Assembly: GCA_963514005.1 (NCBI GenBank)
Contig: OY740783.1
Coordinates: 42,470,001 to 42,534,000 of the forward strand
DNA length: 64,000 bases
DNA from: Raja brachyura
Taxonomy: Eukaryota
Direction of reading: 5' to 3'
The position numbers were made by a program, and so were the translations under genes. Shown here in pieces: positions 49,996 to 62,556 of this stretch (the stretch's first letter is position 1; every line of letters begins with the position of its first letter). The notes beneath the pieces were generated by a model, which saw nothing but the letters and a program-made list of their open reading frames with translations, was not told where the DNA came from and searched no databases.

Positions 49996-50282
49996 TGGGT
50001 AACTTCCTGTTTGCAATGTATATTGATTTTAGATAAAACGCTACCACGTATGGCTGTGATTTCTGGCCGTCTTACTAAGTCCCCCTCCACTCAGCAGGTG
50101 CAGAGGATTCTTCCCATCAATGAAAAATAAAAGTGTTATTAGTGTAGAATCTCTCTCCTGTCAATCATGCCATGAAGGCCACACCTTTTCGGGTGTGAGG
50201 GGGAGAGGGTTATAAAACCCGGAAGTGTGGGTGTGGCTCAGTCTCTGCATGATGGGGGAGGGAGAGGTCATGAAGTGGTCAT

Positions 50283-50818
50283 GAAGTGGTATGAAAATGA
50301 ACTGAATTTGGTGGCCTTGCACTCTGCTGAAAGTGGTATGAAACTGCACTTGAATTTGGTGGCCTTGGATCCAGCTTGAAGTGGTATGAAACTGCACTTG
50401 AATTTGGTGGCCTTGCACCCTGCTTGAAGTGGTATGAAACTGCACTTGAATTCGGTGGCCTTGCACCCTGCTTGAAGTGGTTGGAAACTGCACTTGAATT
50501 TGGTGGCTTTGCACCCTGCTTGAAGTGGTGGGAAACTACACTTGAATTCGGTGGCCTCGCACCCTGCTTAAAGTGGTAGGAAACTGCACTTGAATTTCGG
50601 TGGCCTTGCACCCTGCTTGAAGTGGTTGGAAACTGCACTTGAATTTGGTGGCTTTGCACCCTGCTTGAAGTGGTGGGAAACTACACTTGAATTCGGTGGC
50701 CTCGCACCCTGCTTAAAGTGGTAGGAAACTGCACTTGAATTTCGGTGGCCTTGCACCCTGCTTGAAATGGTAGAAAAATTGATTTGAATTTGGTGGCCTT
50801 GCACCCTGCTTGAAATGG
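50283..50818. repeat. 48/49-bp minisatellite, 11 units, inside the Helitron
   Basis: Unit aagtggtatgaaactgcacttgaatttggtggccttgcaccctgcttg, head-to-tail with no spacers; the 3-unit block 50475-50619 is repeated at 50620-50764. Confidence 0.95.
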
Positions 50819-51778
50819 AATTTCAAGGAATAGCCATGGGTCAACTGCCAGCCCACCAGCCGTGAGTGAGCTGCCAGCACATCAGGCTTGAGGGACTGAG
50901 CTGCCACCCCAAGAACCCATACCAGCGCTCCAGAAAGCCCCCTTACTGGCCACCAATATTGGAATTGGTGGAGAGGTGGGATATTGCATCGGGGGACCAG
51001 CCCTCCCGTGTGAACATGGGACCCAATGGGTTCCACTTAGTCTAGTATATATTGTAAATAACTGGGGTCCCAGCACCGAGCCTTGCGGCACCCCACTAGT
51101 CACTGCCTGCCATTCTGAAAATAACCCGTTAATCCCAACTCTTTGCTTCCTGTCTGCCAACCAGTTCTCTATTAATATCAATACCTTACCCCCAATACCA
51201 TGTGCTGTAATTTTGCACATTAATCACTTGTGTGTGACCTTGTCAAAGGTTTTTTGAAAGTCCAGATACACCACATCCACTGGCTCTCCCTTATCCATTC
51301 TACTTGTTACATCCTCAAGAAAATCCAGAAGATTAGTCAAGCATGATTTCCCCTTTGTAAATCCATGCTGAGTTTGATATTGCAGATGTGGGATCTTCAA
51401 AAATGAACTGATAGAGGAACTCCACAGCATCTCTGGAGGGAAATGGTGATACAACATTTCGGATCTGAAGACGGGCCCTGACCCAAAAAGTTGTCAGTCC
51501 ATTTTCCACCACAAATGGTGCCTCACCCACTGAATTCCTCCAGCAGTTTGTTTATTCACTCTTAGGTTATACTGTACATCATTCTTTTGGGTTCAGCTTT
51601 ATCCCTGTGCCTGCATGTTTCAAGACTGACTGTATAATCTATAATTAAACATAATGGTACTTTCTGTTCCTTGCCAACACTCCCCATCAGCAGCTTCTGG
51701 TGACCTTTGAGACCACAAGGTCTCATGAAGATGCTGAAAATCTGTAATTAAAATAAAAAGAACTCTAAATATTTTGCC

Positions 51779-53237
51779 TGTCTCCCCCCCTTCTCTCCCC
51801 CCCCCTTCTCTCCCCCCCCTTCTCTCCCCCCCCTTCTCTCCCCCCCCTTCTCTCCCCCCCCTTCTCTCCCCCCCCTTCTCTCCCCCCCTTCTCTCCCCCC
51901 CCTTCTCTCCCCCCCCCTTCTCTCCCCCCCCTTCTCTCCCCCCCCTTCTCTCCCCCCCCCTTCTCTCCCCCCCCCTTCTCTCCCCCCTTCTCTCCCCCCT
52001 TCTCCCCCCCCCTTCTCTCCCCCCCTTCTCTCCCCCCCTTCTCTCCCCCCCTTCTCTCCCCCCCTTCTCTCCCCCCCTTCTCTCCCCCCCTTCTCCCCCC
52101 CCCTTCTCCCCCCCCCTTCTCCCCCCCCTTCTCCCCCCGCCTTCTCCCCCCCCTTCTCTCCCCCCCCTTCTCTCCCCCCCCTTCTCTCCCCNNNNNNNNN
52201 NNNNNNNNNNNNNNNNNNNNNNNNNNNNNNNNNNNNNNNNNNNNNNNNNNNNNNNNNNNNNNNNNNNNNNNNNNNNNNNNNNNNNNNNNNNNNNNNNNNN
52301 NNNNNNNNNNNNNNNNNNNNNNNNNNNNNNNNNNNNNNNNNNTCTCCCCCCGCCTTCTCCCCCCCCCCTTCTCCCCCCCCCCTTCTCTCCCCCCCCCCTT
52401 CTCTCCCCCCCCCCTTCTCTCCCCCCCCCTTCTCTCCCCCCCCTTCTCTCCCCCCCCTTCTCCCCCCCCCTTCTCTCCCCCCCCTTCTCTCCCCCCCCTT
52501 CTCTCCCCCCCCCTTCTCTCCCCCCCCTTCTCTCCCCCCCCTTCTCTCCCCCCCTTCTCTCCCCCCCCTTCTCTCCCCCCCCTTCTCTCCCCCCCCTTCT
52601 CTCCCCCCCCTTCTCTCCCCCCCCTTCTCTCCCCCCCCCTTCTCTCCCCCCCCTTCTCTCCCCCCCCTTCTCTCCCCCCCTTCTCTCCCCCCCTTCTCTC
52701 CCCCCCCTTCTCTCCCCCCCTTCTCTCCCCCCCCTTCTCTCCCCCCCCTTCTCTCCCCCCCCTTCTCTCCCCCCCCTTCTCTCCCCCCCCTTCTCTCCCC
52801 CCCCTTCTCTCCCCCCCCTTCTCTCCCCCCCTTCTCTCCCCCCCCTTCTCTCCCCCCCCTTCTCTCCCCCCCCTTCTCTCCCCCCCTTCTCTCCCCCCCC
52901 TTCTCTCCCCCCCCTTCTCTCCCCCCCTTCTCTCCCCCCCCTTCTCTCCCCCCCCTTCTCTCCCCCCCTTCTCTCCCCCCCCCTTCTCTCCCCCCCCTTC
53001 TCTCCCCCCCCCTTCTCTCCCCCCCCCTTCTCTCCCCCCCCTTCTCTCCCCCCCCTTCTCTCCCCCCCCCTTCTCTCCCCCCCCCTTCTCTCCCCCCCCC
53101 TTCTCTCCCCCCCCCTTCTCTCCCCCCCCCTTCTCTCCCCCCCCTTCTCCCCCCCCCCTTCTCTCCCCCCCCCTTCTCTCCCCCCCCCTTCTCTCCCCCC
53201 CCCTTCTCTCCCCCCCCCTTCTCTCCCCCCCTTCCCT
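51779..53237. repeat. Polypyrimidine/polypurine minisatellite, (C6-9 TTCTCT)n
   Basis: Read directly from the sequence; spans an assembly gap. Confidence 0.95.
52192..52341. other. Assembly gap (150 N)
   Basis: Run of n characters. Confidence 1.
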
Positions 53238-53637
53238 GTTTTAGGCCAGGGCCCTTCCTCAGACTGATTCGGTGTGAAGAAGGGTGTTGACCTGAAACCT
53301 TGTCTATTTGTTCCCTCCATGGATGTTTCCTGTCCTGCTAATTTCCCCCAGCACTTTGTATTTTGTCCCAACATCTATACTCAATTTCCTGAATGATTAA
53401 GGCAGCATACCAAAAGCTGCCTTCACCACTGGGATGCCACATTTAGGGAACTGTATACTTTTACTCACAGATCGTTCTGCTCTGTAATACTCCCCAGGGG
53501 CCCTACCGTTTAGAATGAGGGTCTTGCCCAGGTTTGACTTGCAAAAATGAAATACATCAGACTTATCTGAATTAACCATTTTCCATTCCTCGGCCCACAG
53601 GCCAACTGATCAAGATCCCACGGTAAATCTTGATTAA

Positions 53638-54214
53638 AGGGCCTGTCCCACCAGCATGCAACTCGATGCGATTAGCGCGACCTAACGTGGTCGCTTGAGC
53701 CGTCCGGCGTCGCGGGGCCGGTCCCACTTCGATCGCCGGAGCCGTGCGGAATTGTGCGGAGTTCGTCCCGACGCCGCGCGGGGCTCCGAAAAACCGACAA
53801 TGTCCAAAAATCCCGCGCGGCAACGGCTTGTCGGCTCGCAGTCGCCGCGACATTTACACACCGCCTGGACATCGTGCCTCCGTTAAACTATTGGTAAGTG
53901 CCTCCGTGACCCTCTATGTGTGTGGCTCCGTGGCCCTGTATGTGTGTGTGTCTCGGTGCCCCTCTCTGTGTGCCCCTCTAAGTCCTGGCGAACTTACCTT
54001 GGACTTGCTTCAAGTTCGCATCGCTTTGCGCCGCGTTGCGCCACTCACCCAACCTCCGCGCGGCCCCTGCTGCCGGTTTAGTTGCGCTTGCCGCATGCAG
54101 GCGCATGCTGGTGGGACCGGCCCTGTACAGGGGATCACCCGACCTCCGCGCGGCCCCCGCTGCCGGTTTGATCGCGTTCATCTCATATAGTTGCGTGCTG
54201 GTGGGACAGGCCCT
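53638..54214. mobile_element. Second copy of the 588-bp Harbinger MITE family, in opposite orientation, inside a decayed CR1
   Basis: Same TIRs (agggcctgtcccaccagca / tgctggtgggacaggccct); interior is the reverse complement of 35529-36116 at high identity; flanks TAA and TTA (one mismatch). Confidence 0.9.
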
Positions 54215-54338
54215 TTAGTTCTTAAATTCCTATGATACCACCTATTTCAATGCCACTTGCAAACTTACTAAAAAAGAGGGTGGAGGGTATATGGAAAGAG
54301 CTGCCAGAGGAGGTAATTGAGCTCGGTACTATACCATC

Positions 54339-54503
54339 AATTTAGTTTAGTTTAGTTTTAGAGATTAGCGAGGAAACAGCCCATCGGCCCACCGGGTCCG
54401 CGCCGACCAGCGATCCTCGCATATTAACACTATCCTACACACACTAGGGACAATGTTTACATTTGTCAAGCCAACTAACCTACAAACCTACACATCTTTG
54501 GAA
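54339..54503 (-). mobile_element. HE1-type SINE 3' half
   Basis: (tttag)n tail, cggcccaccgggtccgcgccgaccagcgatc, aacctacaaacctacacatctttgga. Confidence 0.75.
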
Positions 54504-56319
54504 TTTAAAATACATTTATCCAGGTACATGGATCGGAAAAGCTTAGCGGAATATGGGCCTAATGTGGGCAGATGGGGTATCTTGGTTGCCATGGGCAAGT
54601 TGGGCCAAGGGCATGTTTCCATACTTTATGACTTTTTGCCTTGTACATTCTCAACCAAATCATTGATAAAGATGACAAGCACCATTGGGCTCAGCACCGA
54701 TCCCTGAGGCAAACCATAGTCACAGACTTCCCGTCTGAAAAATAACCTTCCACCATCACCCTCTGCTTCTTACCATGAAGCCAATATTGTCGCTAGCTCT
54801 CCCTGGATTCCATGCAATCTAACGTTTCAGAGCAGCCTACAATGTGGAATGTTATCAAAGGATTTGCTGAAGTCCATATAGACCACATCTACGACCCTCA
54901 TCAACCTCTTGTTTACTTCAAAAAAACTCAATCTAAATTGTGAGATACAATCTCCCATACATAAAACCATATTCGGTTATAATATCCCTAATTAGTCCTG
55001 TATGACAAAATGTAACAAATGAAGATTTTATCAATTAAGGCACTATTTAACTAAAACACACTAAAATATCCAACTAGATGCCTTGCTGAGCTTAAAATCT
55101 TGCCCATCCAGCTGTGATGAGATCAGAATTAATTAGGCTGCAATGTCTCACAGACTATTTTTGTGGGTTGCTGTAATTTAGTTGTTAATTATTTCCCCAA
55201 AGTTAAACAAGACTAAAATGTTTAGAAAATTGTTTAATTTAATATTATGCAAAAAGTGTATCCATATGAACTTTATGTTCTGTTCAAAATTATACACATT
55301 AACTGAACATTGAAAACAGATTTCTTTTGGGAGACTGCTTTATTACATAATATTGCATGTCTAGGGAAATAAGCGCAACTCAATCTTAATTTTCCTATTA
55401 TTGTCCTTTCAAAAATCAGATAATTGTTCGGGACTTCTCTCAGACCTTGCATACCCAAAGTATTAAATGTAGATATGTTTCTGCTAGCCAATTCATCACT
55501 CGGATTTCACCTCTGATCTATGAAAAATGCCAGGACCTGTGCTGGTGACTGCATCCACTTAATATTGATAAAATAAATGGTTACTGCATAATGGAACCCA
55601 AATTCGGATTGAATAATCATAGCTCTCAGCAATAAATATTAAGCCTAGAGGGACAATGGGTTTTTATAAGAAAGTATTTGCCCATCACCTTTGGCTCAGG
55701 AAGGAAGATAACCAGAACAACTCTGTACATTTACTTCACATTCCCGTCATGTCCAAGTCATGCTGTGATGAGTTTAAATATGAACTATTCCAATGTCTCA
55801 CATTTTTAAATAGAGAATAATGTTGAGTAAACTCTTGTGAAGCCAAGCTCCTTTAATCAAGCTTTAGATTACTTTCAATGCAAAGAGGCTGGCAGATATA
55901 TGAGTTTTAAGTTAATTGAGGCACGAATTAAAACTGCACTTTGGATTGCGTTGAGATGATCACAGAAAATCTTTCAAGTCAAATAATGTTTTGGTGGTGA
56001 TTTATATTGGAGCTCTTCCTGCATGCCGGTGCTATGTCAACAGAAATGAAATCCTTTCTGACCTATAAACTGGATTTTGCTGCATTTCTGTCAAAATTAT
56101 GTTCGTGGATTGAAAACAGCTCAAAAATATATTGTATCCTATTAAATTGTTCGTTATTTTATTAAATATCATTTGTTTATGGTCCAAATCGGAGAGCTTG
56201 CTGTCACCCCTAAAGACATCGTTTAAACTATAAACAAGCTCATACTTTTTCTCAGTGTTCATAATCAATGGCAAGGTAATTTGGAACATGGAGGCAATAT
56301 TAGGCCAAACATTACTGCT

Positions 56320-58690
56320 TCAGATTTTCAGAAAGCCTTTGATAAGGTACCACACGGGAGGCTGCTAAGTAGAAATGTTACAACATTTTGAGATTTAAAA
56401 AATCAAGTCTGCAATTTATCCCATGAGATAAAGCATAAAACAAAGTTTAATTTGATACCTAATTCACTTTCATATCTTCAGTATTAAAAAAGTTATGGCC
56501 ATTTTCATACTCGGAAATTAGCATCTTGTTCCCCATTGCCTTTCCATTGACAACTCAAAAGCTGTGATCTAAAACAGTCAAAAGCCCATAACTTCCGTAA
56601 AAAGTAAGAGAACTGAATGAAATTTTCAGTTATTATAGATTGAAGCATTCTGAAACAAATATGAAACAATCTTACTTGGATGACCTGAAATTAAAGCATA
56701 TAATTAGTTAGTTATCTAATTGTAGCTAATTACAAAATTCAATTACTAGATCTGAACATCTATCCATTTCTTAAGAAAAGATAAACTTTTTTCAATTGCT
56801 TAAGGGTCCAAATAACATTCACACAATAATCCACAATATAACATGATTTTAAAATCTAATTTTCATGAACTTATAGGCCAAATGGAAGGAATTTAGTGTT
56901 TAATGCCTGTAAATTAATGGCTATTTAAATCAACTAGCGAGGGGGTTTCAGTGGAATGCGGTGGATTGGAACGTTGTGGTTTGCGGTGAAGTCGGTATGA
57001 AAAATACAGCCGGTTCATACATTTTTTTTGTCCCCTTTTCACCACATGAAAATTTGATTAAGTGCTTCCTAAGAACCATGTTTTTATGTAAAAATAAACT
57101 GTGTACCTTCTTTTATCGCCTACGTTAGGTCCGTTTTGCTGTCGGTGTTCAGAACTTTAGAAGATGATTTTTAAACTACTCTAGTTAATAAATAATCTAG
57201 CGTAGTTTAAAAATAGCTTCATGAATGAAATGTCGGAGCGATTTCTCTTTAGCGACGAAATCGCCCGACATGGATCGATTTGGACTGTCTAGGGAAAAAC
57301 GACATTTTAAACCCACCCCCCTCTGAAAAGCGCCAATGTCACGCACACGGGGAGCGGCAGAACTGCAGCGCCGCTAAAGATAGGTATTGTAACATACCTA
57401 TGCTAAGGAAGATCAGAACCCACAGTATCAAAGGGCAGATACTAGCATGGACAGCAGGTTGCCTAGACGGCAGAAGGCAATGAGTGGCAATAAAGGTTTT
57501 TTTTTTCTGGTTGACTGCCAGTGACTAGCGGAGTTCCGCTGGGCTCGGTGCTGGGGACGTTATTGTTCAAGTTGTATATTAATGATTTGGACAAGTTGAA
57601 GGCTTTGTGGCCAACTTTGTGGATGATACGAAAATAGGTGGAAGGGTAGGTAGTGTGGAGAAAGTAGGGGCTCTGCAAAATGACTTGGACAGGTTGGCAG
57701 AGAAGTAGCAGATGGAATATAGTACAGCAAAGTGTGGAGTCATGCATTTTGGTGGTAGGAATAAGGGCATAGACTATTTTCTAAATGGGGTGAGAATCCA
57801 GAAATCGGAGGTGCAAAGGGACTTGGGAGTATTGGTGCAGGATTCCCCAAAAGTTAATCTGCAAGTCGAATCGGGAGTAAAGAAAACAAACTCAATGCTA
57901 GCATTTATTTCAAGTGGGCTTGTATACAAAAACAGGGATGTTTTAAAGACAGCTGAGTCAGGGGATATGGGGAGAAGGCAGGAATGGGGTACTGATTGGG
58001 GATGATCAGCCATGATTCCATTGAATGGTGGTGCTGGCTCGAAAGGCTGAATGGCCTGCTCCTGCACTTATTGTCCATTGTCTATTGTCTATAATGCTGA
58101 GGCTCTATAAAGTGCTGGTAAGGCTGCATTTAGAATATTGTGAGCAATTCTGGTCACCATATCTGAGGAAGGATGGCTCTGGAGAGGGTCCGGAGGAGGT
58201 TTACAAAAATGATCCTATGAATGAGTAGGTTAACATATGATGAGCGTTTGTCAGCACTTGGCCTGTACTCGCTGGAGTTTAGATGAATGAGGGGGAACCT
58301 CATTGAAACATAGAGTGAATGTGGAAAGGATGTTTCCACTAGTGGGTCATAGCCTTAGAATTAAAGGATGTTCTTTTAGGAAGGAGATGAGGAGAAATTT
58401 CTTTAGTCAGAGGGTGGTGAATCTGTGGAATTATTTACCACAGAAGGCTGTGGAGGCTGTGGATATTTTTAAGGCTGAGATAGATATATTCTATCAACCA
58501 GATAATCAACCAGAACTATTCTTGTACTGGTATAATGTACAGATATATCAGTTCAGGTGTCAGTGGTTATGGGGAGAAGGCAGGAGAATGGGGTTAGGAG
58601 GGAGAGATAAATCAGCCATGATTGAAGGGTGGAGTACACTTGATGTGCTGAATGGCCTAATTCTACTCCTATCATTTATGACATGACCTT
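56320..58690 (+). mobile_element. Degraded CR1 LINE RT-to-3' region hosting a DNA transposon and a CR1 tail (~57943-58091)
   Basis: DFQKAFDKVPHGRLL|RKIR joins across the insertion; downstream FVDDTK, KCGVMHFG, RLHLEYCEQFWSPYL. Confidence 0.85.
56370..57400. mobile_element. Non-autonomous TIR DNA transposon, 1031 bp, TAG...CTA termini (hAT-like, superfamily uncertain)
   Basis: 14-bp imperfect TIRs tagaaatgttacaa / ttgtaacataccta; TSD tgctaag at 56363-56369 and 57401-57407; removal restores the CR1 frame. Confidence 0.85.
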
Positions 58691-58881
58691 GAGAGAGCCT
58701 ATGTTACTGTCTTGAAGCCTTTGAGATGGGGAGTGACTTGAATGATGGCAAAGCCAGCAGTAATGCACTGAGGTAAAGCTCCCAAGTAAGTTAGTTAACA
58801 ATCAAAATGGCTCTCAGCTTTGGTAGTTTAGTTTAGCAATACAGCGTGGAACCAGCCCACTTAGTTTGCACTGACAAGTGA

Positions 58882-61800
58882 TAGACAATAGACAATAAGT
58901 GCAGGAATAGGCCAGTCGGCCCTTCGAGCCAGCACTGCCATTCAATTTGATCACGGCTGATTATCCACAATCAGTACCCCATTCCTGCCTTCTCCGCTAT
59001 CTTTAAGAGCCCTATCTAGCTCTCTTGAAAGTATCCAGAGAACTGGCCTCCACCGCCCTCTGAGGCAGAGAATTCCACGGACTCACAACTCTCTGTGTGA
59101 AAAAGTGTTTCCTTATCTCCGTTCTAAATGGCTTACCCCTTATTCTTAAACTGTGGCCCCCAGTTGTGAACTTCCCCCAACATCGGGAACATGTTTCCTG
59201 CCTCTAGCTTGTCCAAACCCTTAATAATCATATATGTTTCAATAAGATCCCCTCTCATCCTTCTAAATACCAGAGTATACAAGCCCAGCCACTCCATTCC
59301 CCCAGCATAAGACAGTCCCGCCATCCTGGGAATTAACTTTGTGAACCAATGCTGCACTCCCTCAATAGCAAGAATGCCCTCCATCAAATTTGGAGACCAA
59401 AACTGCACACAATACTCCAGGTGTGGTCCCACTAGGGCCCTATGCAACTGCAGAAGGATCTCTTTGCTCCTATACTGAACTCCTCTTGTTATGAAGGCCA
59501 ACATGCTATTCACTTTCTTCACTGCTTGCTGTACTTGCATGCTTACTTTCATTGACTGATGAACAAGGACCCCCAGATCCCGTTGTACTTCCCCTTTTCC
59601 CAACTTGGCACCATTTAGATAATAATCTGCCTTCCTGTTTTTGCTACCAAAGTGGATAACCTCACATTTTTCCACATTAAACTGCATCTGCCATGCATCT
59701 GCCCACTCACCCAACCTGTCCAAGTCACCCTGCATTCTCATAGCATCCTCCTCACAGTTCACACTGCCACCAAGCTTTGTGTCAAATGCAAATTTGTGAA
59801 TGTTACTTGTAATCTCTTCATCTAAATCATATATATATTGTAAATAGCTGTGGTCCCAGCACCGAGTCATGCGGTACCCTACTAGTCACTGCCTGCCATT
59901 CTGAAAGGGACCCATTTATCCCTACTCTTTGTTTCCTGTCTGCCAACCAATTTTCTATCCATGTCAGTACCCTACCCCCAATACCATGTGCTCTAATTTT
60001 GCCCACTAATCTCCTATGTAGGACCTTATCAAATGCTTTCTGAAAGTCCAGGTACTCAACATCCACTGGCTCTCCCTTGTCAACTTTCCTAGTTACATCC
60101 TCAAAAAATTCCAGATTAGTCAAGCATGATTTCCCCTTCGTAAATCCATGCTGACTTGGACCGATCCTGTTACTGATATCCAAATGAGTCACTATTTCAT
60201 CTTTTATGATTGATTCCAGTATTTCCCCCACCACCTATGTCAGGCTAACTGGTCCATAATTCCCTGTTTTCTCTCTCTCGCCTTTCTTAAAAAGTGGGAT
60301 AACATTAGCTACCCTCCAATCCACAGGAACCGATCCTGAATATAGAACATTGGAAAATGATCACCAATGCCTCCACAATTTCTAAAGCCACTTCCTTAAG
60401 TACCCTGGGATGCGGACTATCAGGCCCTGGGGATTTACCAGCCTTCATCCCATCAGTCTACCCAACACCATTTCCTGCATAATGTGGATTTCCTTCAGTT
60501 CCTCCATCACCTCAGATCCTCTGGCCACTAGTACATCAGGAAGATTGTTTGTGTCCTCCTTAGTGAAAATGGATCCAAAGTACCTAGGTAGACAAAGTAC
60601 CTGTTCAACTCATCTGCCATTTCCTTGTTCTCCATAATAAATTCGCATATCCTCTTCACATATCTAAAGACGTTTTTACTATTCTCCTTTATATTCTTAG
60701 CTAGCTTACCTTCGTACCTCATCTTTCTCCCTGTATTGCCTTTTTAGTTACTCTTGTTGGTCTTTATACGTTACCCAATCCTCTGGCTTTCCTCTTTGCT
60801 ATGTTGTACTTCTCTTTTATTTTTATACTATCCCTGACTTCCCTTGTCAGCCACGGTCGCCCCTTATTCCCATTGGAATCTTTCTTCCTCTTTGGAATGA
60901 ACTGACTCTGCACCTTCTGTATTATTCCCAGAAATACCTGCCATTATTGTTCCACTCTCATCCCTGCTAGGATATTTTCCCAGTCAACTTTGGCCAGCTC
61001 CTCCCTCAAGCCTCCATAGTCCCCTTTGTTCAACTGTAATACTGACACCTTCGATTTACACTTCTCCCTCTCAAATTGTAGATTAAAACTTATCATATTA
61101 TGGTCACTACCACCTAATGGCTCCTTAACCTCGCTCCCTTATCAAATTTGATTCATTACACAACACTAAATCCAGAATTGCCTTCTCCCTGGTAGGCTCC
61201 AGTACAAGAATCCATCACGGAGGCACAGCACAAACTCCCTTTCTTGGGGTCCAGTACCAACCTGATTTGCCCAGTCTACCTGCATGTTGAAATCATCCAT
61301 AACAACCTTTATGACATGCTGATTTTAACGATTCAATTTGCACTCTATATCCAGGCTACTGTTTGGGGGCTGTAGATAAGTTCAATTAGGGTCTTTATGG
61401 ATAGAACTGAGAAATTGTAAGGGTAAGGGATTCTATGTCACCCCTCTCAAGGGACTGAATTTCAATCCTCACCAACAGAGCTACCACACCCCCTGCCCAC
61501 CTGCCTGTCTTTTCGATAGGACGTGTACCCTTGAATATTAAATTCCGAGCCCTGGTCCTCTTGCAGTCATGTCTCTGTAATTCTCACAACATCATACTTG
61601 CCAATTTCTAACTGAGCCTCAAGCTTATCCACTTTATTTCTTATACTTCGCGCATTCATAAACAACACTGGATATTGGCCATGACCTTAAGAGCCTGTCC
61701 CACCAGCATGCGATTGCATTAATCTAGTGCGACCAAACGTGGTTGCTTGAGGCGTACAGCCTCGCGGGGCCGGCCCCACTTCGATTGGCGGAGGCGTATG

Positions 61801-62312
61801 GAGTTGTGCGGGGCTGGTCCCGACATCACGCAGGGCTCCAAAAATCTTGCACTGTCCGAAAATCCTGGGCGCCAACGGCCTGTCGGCCTGCAGGCGCATT
61901 GAGGGCATACGTAATGTCTCGATGGCGTATGCAGCATCCTGACGGCGTACGCCTAGCGCATGGTGTTGCGAGATGACGTCACCACCCGACACCGTGCGAT
62001 GTCCAAATTCAGTCGGCCCGCCTCCTGCCCAGCTGATTGGTGAGTATGATGTCGGGACCAGCTCCATATGCCTCCGCGGTTCAAATTGGGACCGGCCCCG
62101 CGAGGCCGTACGCCTCAAGCGACCACGTTTAGTCGCGCTAGACACATGCAATCGCATGCTGGTGGGACAGACCCTTTACTCTCTTATCCTTTCTTGAACT
62201 CTCCTTCCCATTACTTTGAGAGTCTTTTGTAACTTTTCCTGTACTCGCATTCCTTTTAACCATCTTTATACACCCAATTTGTCAATCCTTCCTCCCCACT
62301 ATTTAGTTTAAA
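58882..62312 (-). mobile_element. Long degenerate CR1/HER1 LINE (most of ORF2), inserted in an HE1 SINE
   Basis: ORFs 59827-60234 and 59133-59870 carry RT motifs; decayed endonuclease region ~60900-61670; the SINE tail at 58824-58881 continues at 62313. Confidence 0.9.
61690..62175. mobile_element. Harbinger-type MITE of a related family with ~130-bp inverted arms
   Basis: Termini agagcctgtcccaccagcatgcgattgcat / atgcaatcgcatgctggtgggacagaccct; TSD TTA at 61687-61689 and 62176-62178. Confidence 0.9.
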
Positions 62313-62556
62313 CCCGCACATTACCAATGTCCTACACACACTATGGGCAATTTTTCATTCACACCAAGCCAATTAACCTACAAACCTGTACGTCTTTGGA
62401 GTGTAGGAGGAAACAGAAGATCTCAGAGATAACCAACGTGTTCACGGGGAGAACATACAAACTCCGTATAGCCAAGCACCTGTAGATGGGATCAAATCCG
62501 GGTCACTGGTGCTGAAAGAGCTGTAAGGTGGCAACTACCGCTGCGCCACCGTGCTG
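62313..62556 (-). mobile_element. HE1-type V-SINE, 5' part (3' part at 58824-58881)
   Basis: Reverse strand head gcacggtggcgcagcggtag (A-box-like) and core ttcctcctacactccaaagacgtacaggtttgtaggttaattggc. Confidence 0.85.

Larger units (their letters stand above)
49444..51045 (+). mobile_element. Non-autonomous Helitron, 1602 bp
   Basis: Starts TC, ends CTAG; subterminal hairpin gggacccaatgggttcc (51018-51034); inserted between A and T with no TSD; the empty site aaatcgttaa|tatatattgtaaata matches the CR1 copy at ~22375-22396. Confidence 0.9.
48503..51372 (-). mobile_element. CR1 LINE 3' half, split by a Helitron at 49444-51045
   Basis: ORF pieces [22 protein letters not shown]...YLDFQK, SGVPQGSVLGPQLFTIY and RPHLEYRAQFW; (tctatgtt)n tail at ~48503-48520. 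Confidence 0.9.

Noticed and set aside
50161-50804. Repetitive ORFs (RVQGHQIQVQF...)
   Set aside because: Translations of the 48-bp repeat; the frame is broken by 49-bp units
50283-50818. CRISPR-like array
   Set aside because: Units are head-to-tail with no unique spacers, there are no cas genes, and the context is a vertebrate Helitron; it is a minisatellite
51620-53374. 584-aa Gly/Arg/Glu and 497-aa Pro-rich ORFs
   Set aside because: Stop-free by composition of a C/T-only repeat, and they span an N gap
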